A DNA stretch of 64,000 nt from Novosphingobium sp. (GTDB lineage: Bacteria; Pseudomonadota; Alphaproteobacteria; Sphingomonadales; Sphingomonadaceae). The position numbers and the translations under genes were made by a program. Below, piece after piece: positions 10,097-20,426 of the stretch. The notes below the pieces were generated by a model. The model had not been told where the DNA came from. It did not search any database and saw only the letters and a list, made by a program, of their open reading frames with translations. Position 1 is the stretch's first letter; every line of letters starts with the position of its first letter. The stretch covers positions 8,643 to 72,642 of the forward strand of contig JBGAIR010000002.1 in assembly GCA_044225335.1 (NCBI GenBank), in the 5' to 3' direction.

Positions 10097-10169
10097 CCTC
10101 AGGAAACCGATGTCTGCCAGCTCGTCATTGGCTCCCGCCGATGGCCCCCTGATGACGGGAAGGTTACAA

Positions 10170-10922
10170 TTATTTTACAGTCGTATAGTCCGGCAGCAGG
10201 TCCGCATAGCGCCTTGCGGGCCGCCTGGCCGCAAACGCACGAATCGTTGCCGAAATGCTTTCGCCCAGTGACGCTACCGAGGTGTCTCCGGGATGAACGG
10301 CGACGCGGACGACCCGCTGCTGATGCAGGGCGTGGCGCGCCAGCGCCGCGACCATCCGCGAACTCAATTGACGCGGACGGCTGCGGCTGGCCCAGGTAAT
10401 CACCGGTCCGCGCGCCAGAACCCTGCCGCTGCCCGGTTGCCAAACGCGAAAATGGTCTTCGGCCAGGGCAAAGCCGCTATCGGCCAGCGCCGCCCGGGCA
10501 CCGGGACCGTAAAGCCACGCCGGGGCGATGAAGCCCGCCGCCGGTCGCCCGATGATATCTTCCACCAGGGCCCGGCCATCGGCCATGCGGCGCGCGGCTT
10601 CGGCCTGCGCCAGTCCCAGAAATTCGCCTTCGCTGGCAGTCATGGTGCGGGCCTTGATCCCGGCCAGCCCGGTGTGCGTGGCGCTGTCGCGGTGGAACCA
10701 GCCATGGACAAACATTTCCACCCCGGCATCGGCCCAACCGCGCAGCCGCCGCTGAAACGCCAGCGCCTCGGCCAGCGGCGCTTCCCCCCAATGATCGGGC
10801 ACCACCAGCATCGCAAAGCGCGGCCCGCCCAGATGTGAGGACAGCAGATCAGCAAGCTGATCGACCTCACGCTCAAAACGCGGGCCGACATCGTGAATTG
10901 AAGCAAGCAGCATCCGGGACAT
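10170..10922 (-). CDS. DUF2334-type predicted polysaccharide deacetylase
   Basis: MSRMLLASIHDVGPRFE...VPDHWGEAPL...HGWFH matches the DUF2334 family. The longer ORF-track start (11030) would overlap aguA, so I chose ATG 10922. Confidence 0.7.
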   Translation of the reverse strand: MSRMLLASIHDVGPRFEREVDQLADLLSSHLGGPRFAMLVVPDHWGEAPLAEALAFQRRLRGWADAGVEMFVHGWFHRDSATHTGLAGIKARTMTASEGEFLGLAQAEAARRMADGRALVEDIIGRPAAGFIAPAWLYGPGARAALADSGFALAEDHFRVWQPGSGRVLARGPVITWASRSRPRQLSSRMVAALARHALHQQRVVRVAVHPGDTSVASLGESISATIRAFAARRPARRYADLLPDYTTVK

Positions 10923-10959
10923 GCGCGGCCCCATAGCGGAGCCAGCGCCGCCAGACCAA

Positions 10960-11955
10960 TTACAATCCAGCCATCTCTGGCATCTGCTGGCTGGCGCAGT
11001 GGAATCCGCCGCCGCCCGCCAGCACGGCATCGCCGGGCAGGCCGATCACCTCACGCCCGGGAAACAGCCCCGCAATCGCCGCCACCCCATCATGATCATG
11101 GGTCGAGCCAAAGGTCGGCACCACCACCAGATCGCTGGTGATGGTGAAGTTCATATAGCTGGCGGGTTCGATCCGCCCATCACGCTCGATCCGCCCGGGT
11201 GAAGGCACTTCGCGTACCGTCAAACCCGCTGCCATGGCGCGATCCCGGGCATCGGCATAAATTTCCGCATTGGGATCATCCCGGCCGGTAGCGCGCGGCA
11301 GCGCCAGCACGCCGGGCGCGACAAAGCGGGCAAGATTATCGACATGGCCATCGGTGTGATCATTGATCAGCCCGTCGCCCAGCCACAGCACCCGGTCATA
11401 CCCAAGATCGCGCGCCAGCCGCTGTTCCAGATCACCGCGCGACAGGGCGGGATTGCGATTGGGGTTGAGCAGGCATTGCCCGGTCGTCGCGACCAGACCG
11501 GTGCCATCGCCATCCAGCGCGCCGCCTTCCAGCACCCAATCTGCGGTTTCGATCGGCAATCCCGCGCTTTCGGCCAGCTCGGCCCCGATCTGCTGATCGC
11601 CGTCCATCAGATATTTCCCGCCCCAGCCATTGAAGCCGAAGCGGCGGGCAATCTGGCGCTGCCCGTCCTGCACCACCAGTGGCCCGGTATCGCGCAGCCA
11701 GATATCGCCATAGCGCCGCTGTTCCAGCCGCACCCGCGCCGAACAGAGTTGCGCGGCGCGCGCGGCATTGGCAGCATCGCGCACGATCAGCCGCACTTCC
11801 TGCCCGCTGTCCGCCACCGCATTGGCAAAAGCCGCGATCTGTTCCTGAGCCCGGCCAAGAAAGCCTGGCCATTCTTCCGCATCATGCGGAAAGCCGATCC
11901 ACAGCCATTGCTGCGGATGCCATTCGGGCGGCATCCGCATGTCAGCATTGCTCAT
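10960..11955 (-). CDS. aguA: Agmatine deiminase (peptidyl-arginine deiminase family)
   Basis: MPPEWHPQQWLWIGFPH, GDIWLRDTGP, DGHVDN and a C-terminal GGGFHCASQQ catalytic Cys motif. Confidence 0.85.
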   Translation of the reverse strand: MSNADMRMPPEWHPQQWLWIGFPHDAEEWPGFLGRAQEQIAAFANAVADSGQEVRLIVRDAANAARAAQLCSARVRLEQRRYGDIWLRDTGPLVVQDGQRQIARRFGFNGWGGKYLMDGDQQIGAELAESAGLPIETADWVLEGGALDGDGTGLVATTGQCLLNPNRNPALSRGDLEQRLARDLGYDRVLWLGDGLINDHTDGHVDNLARFVAPGVLALPRATGRDDPNAEIYADARDRAMAAGLTVREVPSPGRIERDGRIEPASYMNFTITSDLVVVPTFGSTHDHDGVAAIAGLFPGREVIGLPGDAVLAGGGGFHCASQQMPEMAGL

Positions 11956-11961
11956 GGCGGG

Positions 11962-13650
11962 CTACTTTCCGCTGCGGCTCTTGTCGCGGATCGCGCGGAA
12001 CTCATCGGTTGGATGCCAGTTCGGCCAATCTGTCGTCATCGCCAGCATTCGGCCAAGCCGATAATATAGCTCACCCTCCTGCAGAATGCCCGACCAGTCC
12101 CAATGCCCGTCATACTCATCACTGGGTTGGTGGTAATCGGTGGTGACATAATGTTCGGCAGCGGCGTCACCCGCGGCGGTTCCGCCCGGCACCCAGTCCG
12201 ACCCGCGGCCGACCGCGAACATCGGTACGCCGCGCTTGGCCATGCTGAAATGGTCAGAGCGGTAATAATGACCGCGCTCCGGATGATCCTCTGCCGTTTC
12301 GCGCAGGTTCATGGCCGTCATCGCCAACTGCAAATAGCGGGTCAGATCGGACTTGTCGCCGCCGGTCACCTGCACATCGCGGGCCGGGCGGCCCGGCAGC
12401 AGCCCGTCCATATTCACCCCGCCCACCGTCTTCGCCAGCGGGAAAACCGGATTGGCGGCATAATATTCCGATCCCAGCAGACCGGATTCTTCCAGCGTTA
12501 CCGCCAGAAACACCTGGCTGCGATCAGCCGCACCTGCCTTGACATTGGCTTCGGCCAGCGCGCTCAGCAAGGCAACGCCGGTGGCATTGTCGACCGCGCC
12601 ATTGCAGATGTCATCACCGGTCTTGTCAGGGGTGCAGTGCCCCAGATGATCCCAATGCGCGCTGTAGAGCACATATTCATCGGGCCGCTTTGCCCCCGGC
12701 TGAATGCCGATGACATTGCGTGAGACAGAGCGGCGGATGCTGTTGTCAAAACCCAGGCTGGCCTTCAGCCCGAGCGGCACCGGCTTGAAACCCTTTTGCT
12801 TGGCGGCCTGTGCCAGCGCGCTGAAATCCTTGCCCGCAGCGGCAAAGATCGCTTCGGCCACCGGTTTTTGGATCCAGCCATTGGCCTCGGTCTGATCCAT
12901 GCCGTCATTGGCGGTCTGGACCCGGTATTGCGCACCGCTCCAGCTCGATTCAACCACCTGCCAGCCATAGGCGGCGGGGAAGCTGTCATGAACGATCAGC
13001 GCCGCTTTCGCCCCTTGCCTTGCGGCTTCCTCAAACTTGTAGGTCCAGCGGCCATAATAGGTCATGCGGCGCCCTTTGAAGAGGCCGTTTTCGCCTTCCA
13101 TTTCATAATCGGGATCGTTCACCAGAATGACGGCGGTTTTGCCCTTCATGTCGATCCCGGCATAGTCATTCCAGCCGAGTTCGGGCGCATTGATGCCATA
13201 GCCGACGAAAACCATCTCGCTGTCGGAGATCTGGGTATGCGGAGTAATGCGGTAACTGCCCGAAACCATATCGCGGCCCGGCGCAAACAGCAGGGTTTTG
13301 GCCCCGCCGGTTACCGCCAGCCCGGTCTGGTGGCTGGCCGTGATCTCCACCGTCGGCACATCCTGGGTCCAGCTGCCCTTGTTGCCGGGCTGCAGGCCCG
13401 CAGCCTTGAAGCGATCGATGATATAGGCAACCGTCTTGTCCTCGGCCGCAGTCGATGGTCCGCGCCCTTCAAAGGCATCAGAAGCAAGCGTGCCGACGAC
13501 CTGTTCCAGTGTCGCCTGCGAAAGCGGCTGCGGTGTTACCGAAGGAATTCCGGCAGGTTTGGCCGAGGCGGCGGAACAAACCGTCAGGGCGGAAGCGGCG
13601 ATCAGGGCAAGGCGGACTTTCACGGTGCTTGAATCCTTGGAAATTTGCAT
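11962..13650 (-). CDS. M28-family secreted aminopeptidase with PA domain
   Basis: I chose start ATG 13650, which gives the signal peptide MQISKDSSTVKVRLALIAASALTVCSAASA. Motifs HWDHLG, DNATGVA and EESGLLGS are M28 zinc ligands. Confidence 0.85.
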   Translation of the reverse strand: MQISKDSSTVKVRLALIAASALTVCSAASAKPAGIPSVTPQPLSQATLEQVVGTLASDAFEGRGPSTAAEDKTVAYIIDRFKAAGLQPGNKGSWTQDVPTVEITASHQTGLAVTGGAKTLLFAPGRDMVSGSYRITPHTQISDSEMVFVGYGINAPELGWNDYAGIDMKGKTAVILVNDPDYEMEGENGLFKGRRMTYYGRWTYKFEEAARQGAKAALIVHDSFPAAYGWQVVESSWSGAQYRVQTANDGMDQTEANGWIQKPVAEAIFAAAGKDFSALAQAAKQKGFKPVPLGLKASLGFDNSIRRSVSRNVIGIQPGAKRPDEYVLYSAHWDHLGHCTPDKTGDDICNGAVDNATGVALLSALAEANVKAGAADRSQVFLAVTLEESGLLGSEYYAANPVFPLAKTVGGVNMDGLLPGRPARDVQVTGGDKSDLTRYLQLAMTAMNLRETAEDHPERGHYYRSDHFSMAKRGVPMFAVGRGSDWVPGGTAAGDAAAEHYVTTDYHQPSDEYDGHWDWSGILQEGELYYRLGRMLAMTTDWPNWHPTDEFRAIRDKSRSGK

Positions 13651-13752
13651 GGCGCATGCTTGGCAGAGCCGCCACCGCCTCGCAAGCGGTTCGGCAACCC
13701 GGCACCGCAACAGGTGCTTGATCGAAAAGCCGGATAAGGGCATCCGGCAGGC

Positions 13753-16476
13753 ATGGATGCCGACTGGACCGGAGCTTTGGCGCGGGCGCGCCTTTATTCG
13801 CCCTATCTGGCCGGCGCGCTGGACCGCTTACCCGCACTGGAAGCCCTGCTGGCCGCTGGCGATGGCGAAGCGGCGATGCAATGGGCCTATGCCGCGGGCG
13901 CGCAATCGGATGATGTGGCCATTGCCCTGCGGCGCGAAAAGCTGGCGCTTTCGGCAGCGCTGGCCATCGGCGATCTGGCCGGCGCCTTTCCGTTGACGCG
14001 GGTAGTGGCGGAACTTTCTGCCTTTGCCGATCGGTCGCTGGACGCGGCAATCGGCGAGGCCATCCGTCGCCGGGTGCCCGATGCTGCGCGCGCGGGGTTT
14101 CTGGCACTGGCGCTGGGCAAACATGGCGCGCAGGAGCTGAACTACAGCTCCGATATCGATCCGATCCTGCTCTATGATCCGGCGCTGCTGCCCCGGCGTG
14201 ATCGCGATGAACCGGGCGAAGCCGCCCAGCGTGTCGCGCGCAGCCTGATGGAGATAATGAGCCATGTCACCGCAGATGGTTATGTCTTTCGCGTTGACCT
14301 GCGGCTGCGGCCAGCTTCCGAGGTCAGCCCGCTGGCCATACCCATGGATGCGGCGCTGACCCATTATGAAAGCTCCGCGCTGGCGTGGGAGCGCGCGGCA
14401 TTCATTCGCGCCCGGCCCTGCGCGGGGGACATCGCCGCGGGCGAGAGCTTTCTTGCGGCAATCCGGCCGTTCATCTGGCGGCGCAGCCTCGATTTCGGTG
14501 CGATTGCGGAGATTGGCCGGCTGACCGCGCGGATCCGCGCCAATCACCACGGCCCGCAGCGCCCCGGCCCCGGCTTTGATCTGAAGCGCGGGCGCGGCGG
14601 CATCCGCGAGGTCGAATTCCATGCCCAGACGCATCAGCTGATCCACGGCGGGCGCAATCCGGCGCTGCGGCTGCGCGGCACCCGCGCCACGCTGGACGCA
14701 TTGGCGGCGGCAGGCATCATCGCCACCGATGATGCCCGGATTCTGGGCGAAAGCTATGACCGGCTGCGAACCATCGAACACCGTCTGCAGATGGTGGCGG
14801 ATCAGCAGACCCACAGCCTGCCCGGCGATTCCGCTGCCCTGGATGCGGTGGCCCGGCTCGACGGCCTGCCCGATGGCGCGGCGCTGATCGCGGAGCTGGA
14901 TTCGATCACCGAAGCGGTGGGTTCGCGCTATGATCGGCTGATTGCCGAGCACAGCGGCAATCAATCCGCTGCACCGCTGGCCAGCACCGCCCCGGCACCG
15001 GGCGGCGACGCGCTGGCGGCAGAGCTGGCGCAGCTGGGCTTTGCCGAACCCGCGAAGCTGGTTGAACGGATCGAAGGGTGGCGCTCGGGCAAGCTGCGGG
15101 CGCTGCGCAGCGAAGCCGCGCGCGCCGCCTATGATGCGATACAGGCACCGCTGCTGGCGGCTTTCGCTGCCTCGCCGGAGCCCGAACGGGCGCTGCTGCG
15201 CTGGGAACAGCTGCTCACCAATCTGCCCAGCGCGGTCAATCTGTTCCATTTGCTGGAAGCCCGCCCGGCGCTGCTGCAATTGCTGGCACGCATCCTTGGG
15301 CTTGCGCCGCCGCTGGCCGATGCGCTGGCACGCCGGGCCGATCTGCTCGACCCGCTGATCGATGCCACTGCCTTTGATCTGCCGCCCTCCGTTGATGCAC
15401 TGGCCGAAGACTTTGCGCGCGGCGAAGCCGGCGATGATTATGAGCTGCTGCTGGACCGCATTCGCCGCAAGGTGGGGGAGCGCCGCTTTGCACTGGGTGT
15501 GCAATTGATCGAGGGCGCGCGCGACCCGATGGAAATCGCCGAAGCGCTGTCGCGGGTGGCCGAGGCGGCACTGAAGGTGCTGACCGAAGCCACGGTTGCC
15601 GAATTTCGCCGCGCACATGGAAAAATAGCCGGCAGCGAATTGCTGGTGCTGGGGCTGGGCCGGCTGGGCGGCGGCGCGCTCACCCATGCCTCCGATCTCG
15701 ATCTGGTGTTCCTGTTTTCGGGCGACCATGCCGCCGAAAGCGACGGGCAGCGCCCGCTGGGTGCGACGCTGTATTTCAACCGCCTGTGTCAGCGCGTGGT
15801 GGCGGCGTTGTCTGTCCCCACGGCCGAGGGGGCGCTCTACGAGGTCGACACCAGATTGCGCCCTTCCGGCACGCAAGGCCCGCTGGCGGTCAGCCTGGAC
15901 AGTTTCGAACGCTATCAGCGTGAACAGGCCTGGACATGGGAACATATGGCGCTGGCCCGTGCCCGTGTGCTGTTTGGCGCGGCAGGCGATCGCGCCGCCC
16001 TGCAATCGATCATCGCGCGCGTGCTTGGGCAGCCGCGCGATGCGGCAAAACTGCGCGAGGATGTGCTGCATATGCGCGGCGAAATGGCGCGGCACAAACC
16101 CGCGAAGGGGCCGCTGGACATCAAGCTGGCGCGCGGCGGGCTGGTCGATGTGGAGTTTCTGGTGCATTTCCTGCAATTGCGCGATGGCGTGGCGCTGGAA
16201 CCTTCGCTGGGCGGCGCGATCGCCGCTCTGGCGGATAGAGGGCTGGTCGCTCCGGCGCTGGCCGATGCCCATGCGGTGCTGGCGCGGTTTCTGATCGCCG
16301 CCCGCCTGCTGGCCCCCGATGCACAGGAGCCGCCATTGGCCGCGCGTGCCGTGCTGGCCGGGGCTTGCGGCTGCGATGATTGGGAGAGCATGCTGCGCAG
16401 CCTGCGGGATGCCCGCGCCATCGTGGCCACCTGCTGGCACAACATCTTTGACGAAATGCTGGAGACAGAAACATGA
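13753..16476 (+). CDS. glnE: Bifunctional glutamine synthetase adenylyltransferase/adenylyl-removing enzyme
   Basis: 907 aa with two nucleotidyltransferase halves (ELNYSSDIDPILLY.. and LTHASDLDLVFLF..) and conserved YRVDLRLRP / YEVDTRLRPSG motifs. Confidence 0.95.
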   Translation: MDADWTGALARARLYSPYLAGALDRLPALEALLAAGDGEAAMQWAYAAGAQSDDVAIALRREKLALSAALAIGDLAGAFPLTRVVAELSAFADRSLDAAIGEAIRRRVPDAARAGFLALALGKHGAQELNYSSDIDPILLYDPALLPRRDRDEPGEAAQRVARSLMEIMSHVTADGYVFRVDLRLRPASEVSPLAIPMDAALTHYESSALAWERAAFIRARPCAGDIAAGESFLAAIRPFIWRRSLDFGAIAEIGRLTARIRANHHGPQRPGPGFDLKRGRGGIREVEFHAQTHQLIHGGRNPALRLRGTRATLDALAAAGIIATDDARILGESYDRLRTIEHRLQMVADQQTHSLPGDSAALDAVARLDGLPDGAALIAELDSITEAVGSRYDRLIAEHSGNQSAAPLASTAPAPGGDALAAELAQLGFAEPAKLVERIEGWRSGKLRALRSEAARAAYDAIQAPLLAAFAASPEPERALLRWEQLLTNLPSAVNLFHLLEARPALLQLLARILGLAPPLADALARRADLLDPLIDATAFDLPPSVDALAEDFARGEAGDDYELLLDRIRRKVGERRFALGVQLIEGARDPMEIAEALSRVAEAALKVLTEATVAEFRRAHGKIAGSELLVLGLGRLGGGALTHASDLDLVFLFSGDHAAESDGQRPLGATLYFNRLCQRVVAALSVPTAEGALYEVDTRLRPSGTQGPLAVSLDSFERYQREQAWTWEHMALARARVLFGAAGDRAALQSIIARVLGQPRDAAKLREDVLHMRGEMARHKPAKGPLDIKLARGGLVDVEFLVHFLQLRDGVALEPSLGGAIAALADRGLVAPALADAHAVLARFLIAARLLAPDAQEPPLAARAVLAGACGCDDWESMLRSLRDARAIVATCWHNIFDEMLETET

Positions 16477-16946
16477 GCACATTTGCCGGAGTGGGTGATC
16501 CACTGCCCGATATCGCGATGACCACGCCGGATGGCGGCACGCTGCGCCCGTCCGATTTCGCCGGGCGCAAGCTGGTGCTGTTCTTTTACCCCAAGGATGA
16601 CACCCCCGGCTGCACCACCGAAAACAAGGATTTTTCCGAGCTTTCCGATCAGTTCGCCGCTGCCGGTGTGGCGCTGATCGGGGTCAGCAAGGATCCACCG
16701 AAGAAGCATCAACGCTTCATCGAGAAGCATGGTCTCACCGCGCCGTTGGCCAGCGATGCCGAGGCTGATGGCCTGTCCGATGTGCTGGGCATCTGGACCG
16801 AGAAGAGCATGTATGGACGCAGCTATATGGGCATGGTGCGCAGCACCTATCTGATAGGACCGGATGGGCGCATTGCGCGGATCTGGGACAAGGTGAAGGT
16901 AAAGGGGCATGCGGCGGAAGTGCTGGAGGCAGCGCGCGCATTATGA
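16473..16946 (+). CDS. bcp: Thiol peroxidase / peroxiredoxin Bcp
   Basis: FFYPKDDTPGCTTE active-site motif. 157 aa. Overlaps the glnE stop (ATGA). Confidence 0.9.
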   Translation: MSTFAGVGDPLPDIAMTTPDGGTLRPSDFAGRKLVLFFYPKDDTPGCTTENKDFSELSDQFAAAGVALIGVSKDPPKKHQRFIEKHGLTAPLASDAEADGLSDVLGIWTEKSMYGRSYMGMVRSTYLIGPDGRIARIWDKVKVKGHAAEVLEAARAL

Positions 16947-17746
16947 GCAGCGTTTCCGCCGCGATCCGGGCGGCGTTGCTCACCGCTGATCCGCAGGAAA
17001 AGGCAATGGCGGCGCGCCGTGTTGCGCGGGAATGGCGACTGGGGGGGCTGGGCTTTGCCTTTGATTGCGCCATGCCCGATGAGCCGGGGCGTCCTGCGAA
17101 ACCCGAACTGCTGGCCCCGAACCAGATGCCGAAACGCGGCAAGGGCGGATCGGAACGCGGCCGGATCGCCCTGTGGCACGCGATCGCCCATATCGAATTC
17201 GTCGCCATAGATCTGGCGCTGGACATGGCCGGTCGGTTTGGTGGGGCGCTGCCGGTGGCGCAGGGGCGCGAACTGGTCAGCGATTTCCTGTCGGTCGCGG
17301 CCGATGAAGCGATGCATTTCGCCCTGATCGACCGCCATCTGCACCAGTTGGGCAGCCATTATGGTGCGCTTCCGGCGCATGGCGGCTTGTGGGATGCCGC
17401 CCGCGAAACCGCGCATGATCCCGCCGCGCGGCTGGCGGTGGTGCCAATGGTGCTGGAAGCGAGAGCGCTGGATGTTACCCCGCAAACGCTCGAGCGGGTC
17501 CGCATGGCTGGCGATTCGCGCGGCGCGCGAATCCTCGAACGAATCCTTGACGATGAGATTCGCCACGTTCGCTTCGGCACAAAGCATTTTAACGCATTGT
17601 GCAAGGCACGCGGAGATTCGCCCGAATCCTTATGGAAAACCATGGTTAACCGGCACTTCAAAGGGGCCGTTAAGCCACCGTTCAACGACTCGGCGCGTTC
17701 CGCAGCCGGTTTATCGCGCTCTTTCTATGCTGGGGTTGATAGCTAA
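16943..17746 (+). CDS. DUF455 ferritin-like di-iron protein
   Basis: HIEFVAIDLALDM, DEAMHF, LEARALD and DEIRHV helices match the DUF455 metal-ligand pattern. Confidence 0.8.
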   Translation: MSSVSAAIRAALLTADPQEKAMAARRVAREWRLGGLGFAFDCAMPDEPGRPAKPELLAPNQMPKRGKGGSERGRIALWHAIAHIEFVAIDLALDMAGRFGGALPVAQGRELVSDFLSVAADEAMHFALIDRHLHQLGSHYGALPAHGGLWDAARETAHDPAARLAVVPMVLEARALDVTPQTLERVRMAGDSRGARILERILDDEIRHVRFGTKHFNALCKARGDSPESLWKTMVNRHFKGAVKPPFNDSARSAAGLSRSFYAGVDS

Positions 17747-17851
17747 ATCCCGACCCCGCTAAGCAGCCCATGCAAGAGATGGGCGGGGGGCCGACCTTCT
17801 CGAAATCCGGCACCGGGCAAATCCGGGTCGCACCAAGACAAGGTAATTTGA

Positions 17852-18610
17852 GTGGTCGTGTTTTCGTATTCAGGCATGGTTCGGGCTTTTGCAGGCGCAG
17901 TTGTCGCATTTGCCGGACTCGCCGCAACGAACCCCGCTTTCGCCAACAGCGCTGCCGCCAGCGCCGATGTCACCGCGCCGCTCCGCGCAGCGCAGGCTGC
18001 CAAATCCGGGCAGCCCAGCGGTGATGAAGAATTCCGCCGCCTTTTCGCCAATTGGGAATCGCTGGATAATCCCGCACCGGCTTCCACTGCGGCAACCGCT
18101 GCCCCGGTAATCCGCCGCAGCGGCGTTTCGATCCCCTCGCTGATGCCGGTGGAAGGCGTTGCGCTGACCAGCGGTTACGGCATGCGCTGGCACCCGGTTC
18201 TGGGTGGCCGCCGTGCGCACAAGGGCGTTGATCTGGCTGGCCCGATTGGCACGCCGGTTCGCGCCACTGCCGATGGCGTGGTGGAACGCGCTGAATGGTT
18301 CAGCAGCTATGGCCTGTTCGTCAGCCTTGAACATGGCGGCAATATCGAAACCCGTTATGGCCACATGTCACGGCTGAATGTTGCGGCCGGTCAGATGGTT
18401 CACAAGGGTGACATCATCGGTTTCATCGGCTCGACCGGCCGTTCGACAGGCCCGCACCTGCATTACGAAGTCCGCATTGCCGGCACCGCAGTCAACCCGA
18501 TCCCCTATCTTCAGGGCGAAGTGACCCGCGTTGCCGATGCGGCTCCTGCCGCTGGCGAAAAGGCCGCAAATGGTCAGGAGGTTAATGGCCAGGGCGACGG
18601 CGACGATTGA
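17852..18610 (+). CDS. M23-family metallopeptidase (LytM-like)
   Basis: HKGVDLAGPIGTPV and GSTGRSTGPHLHYEV motifs, with a signal peptide. The start may instead be ATG 17876. Confidence 0.85.
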   Translation: MVVFSYSGMVRAFAGAVVAFAGLAATNPAFANSAAASADVTAPLRAAQAAKSGQPSGDEEFRRLFANWESLDNPAPASTAATAAPVIRRSGVSIPSLMPVEGVALTSGYGMRWHPVLGGRRAHKGVDLAGPIGTPVRATADGVVERAEWFSSYGLFVSLEHGGNIETRYGHMSRLNVAAGQMVHKGDIIGFIGSTGRSTGPHLHYEVRIAGTAVNPIPYLQGEVTRVADAAPAAGEKAANGQEVNGQGDGDD

Positions 18611-18672
18611 GATTCCTTGCGGCACCGGACGATAGATCCGGGCCGATCTGACAGCTTCGGGAGGATGCTGGG

Positions 18673-18704
18673 AAAAGGGCGAGGGCAACCTCGCCTTTTT
18701 CTTT
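18673..18704 (+). terminator. Rho-independent terminator (bidirectional shape)
   Basis: AAAAG-GGCGAGG-GCAA-CCTCGCC-TTTTTCTTT: a 7-bp GC stem, a tetraloop, a T-run, and an A-run upstream. Confidence 0.7.
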
Positions 18705-18792
18705 GCGCGATCCGGGAATCATGATCTTTTCCTTTGCGAGCATTTAATCGATCGGTTAAACTCCTTCCGAATGACGATGCCCTAGCGTCGCG

Positions 18793-20364
18793 ATGGAGAG
18801 AGACAGGCCCATGCACCCCAGTATCCATGCCAAGGCGAATCCTGAAAAAGCTGCCGTGATCATGGCCGGCAGCGGTGAAGTCATCAGCTATGCCGAACTT
18901 GATCAGCGCTCCAATCAGGTGGCGCAGCTGATCCGCCAGCGCGGCATCGGCATTGGCGATACGCTGGCAATCTGCATGGAAAACCACCCGTGGTATTTTG
19001 CGCTGACCTGGGGCGCGCAGCGCGCAGGCGTGCATTTCGTCTGCATATCCAGCCGCCTGACTGCGCCGGAAATTGCCTATATTCTGGAAGACAGCGGTTC
19101 AAAGCTGCTGTTTGGCTCCACCTATATAGCCACTGTGCTTGATGAGGTGGCGGCGCTGATGCCCGGCGTTCCGCAGTTGCGCTTTGGCGGCAGCGGCACA
19201 CTGGATGCAGCCGCCGCGCTTGGCAGCCTGCCGACCACCCCGATCAGCGATGAACGCGCAGGCGTTGACATGCTCTATTCCTCCGGCACCACCGGGCGGC
19301 CCAAGGGCGTTAAAATCCCGCTGCCCGAAGATTCGGCGATCGATGCGCCCAACGCGCTGGTCGGGCTGGCCAGCATGGCCTTCGGGATCAAGGGCGATGC
19401 CGTCTATCTCAGCCCGGCGCCGCTCTATCACGCCGCGCCGCTGCGCTGGTCTATGACAGTACATCGGCTGGGCGGCACCGTGGTGGTGATGGAAAAGTTC
19501 GACCCCGAAACCGCTTTGGCCCTGATCGAGAAATACCGCGTGACCGATAGCCAATGGGTGCCGACCCATTTCGTGCGGATGCTGAAACTGCCTGAAGAAG
19601 TGCGCGGCAAATACGATATTTCCAGCGTCAAATGCGCGATTCACGCTGCTGCCCCCTGCCCGGTACCGGTCAAGCAGGCGATGATCGAATGGTGGGGCCC
19701 GGTCATCTACGAATATTACGCCGGAACCGAAGGCAATGGTTTCACCTTCATCACCAGCCAGGAATGGCTGCAGCGTCCCGGATCGGTCGGCCGCGCCCTG
19801 ACCGGGATCGTGCGGGTTTGCGGCGAGCATGGCGACGAACTGCCGCGCGGAACCGAAGGCCAGATCTTTTTCGAACCGAGCGAGCCGGGCGGAGCCCCGT
19901 TTGAATATCACAATGATCCGGTGAAGACAGCCGAAAGCCGCAACAAGCATGGCTGGACCAGCCTGGGCGATGTCGGCATTCAGGATGAGGAAGGCTATGT
20001 CTTCCTGACCGATCGCAAGAGCTTCATGATCATTTCCGGCGGGGTGAATATCTATCCGCAGGAGATCGAGAATTTGCTGGTCACCCATCCCAAGGTGACC
20101 GATGCAGCCGTAATCGGTGCGCCCGATCCGGACATGGGGGAGCGTGTGGTCGCTGTGGTGCAGCCGGCCGACATGGCGCAGGCCGGGCCTGAACTGGCTG
20201 AGGAACTAAGCCAGTATCTGTCTGGCCAGCTCAGCCGGGTGAAGATGCCGCGCCAGATCGATTTCCGCGAGGAACTGCCGCGCGAAGCCACCGGCAAGCT
20301 CTACAAGCGGCTGCTGCGTGATGAATACAAGGCCGCCTATGAGGCCGCACAGGCCGCCCGATAG
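18793..20364 (+). CDS. AMP-dependent acyl-CoA synthetase/ligase
   Basis: YSSGTTGRPKGV (AMP motif I), YYAGTEG, GDVG..DEEGYVFLTDR and ATGKLYKR. The start is possibly ATG 18811. Confidence 0.85.
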   Translation: MERDRPMHPSIHAKANPEKAAVIMAGSGEVISYAELDQRSNQVAQLIRQRGIGIGDTLAICMENHPWYFALTWGAQRAGVHFVCISSRLTAPEIAYILEDSGSKLLFGSTYIATVLDEVAALMPGVPQLRFGGSGTLDAAAALGSLPTTPISDERAGVDMLYSSGTTGRPKGVKIPLPEDSAIDAPNALVGLASMAFGIKGDAVYLSPAPLYHAAPLRWSMTVHRLGGTVVVMEKFDPETALALIEKYRVTDSQWVPTHFVRMLKLPEEVRGKYDISSVKCAIHAAAPCPVPVKQAMIEWWGPVIYEYYAGTEGNGFTFITSQEWLQRPGSVGRALTGIVRVCGEHGDELPRGTEGQIFFEPSEPGGAPFEYHNDPVKTAESRNKHGWTSLGDVGIQDEEGYVFLTDRKSFMIISGGVNIYPQEIENLLVTHPKVTDAAVIGAPDPDMGERVVAVVQPADMAQAGPELAEELSQYLSGQLSRVKMPRQIDFREELPREATGKLYKRLLRDEYKAAYEAAQAAR

Positions 20365-20375
20365 TCGCAACAACT

Positions 20376-20405
20376 GGCAAGCCGGAACCAGCGGTCCGGC
20401 TTGCC
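20376..20405. terminator. 11-bp GC-rich hairpin between convergent genes
   Basis: GGCAAGCCGGA-accagcgg-TCCGGCTTGCC. The T tail is weak, so terminator function is inferred from its position between converging genes. Confidence 0.45.
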
Positions 20406-20426
20406 TTCACGGCTTACTGACGGGGT

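Noticed and set aside
9185-10399. 404-aa His/Gln/Arg-rich ORF on the plus strand
   Set aside because: It has an implausible composition (HHRH.., QQQ.. runs). It lies antisense to the UPF0104 membrane protein and the DUF2334 gene.
13828-16503. 891-aa ORF antisense to glnE
   Set aside because: This is a shadow ORF typical of high-GC DNA. It is rich in Arg, Gly, Gln, Pro and Ala with no recognisable motifs, while the opposite strand encodes an unmistakable full-length GlnE.
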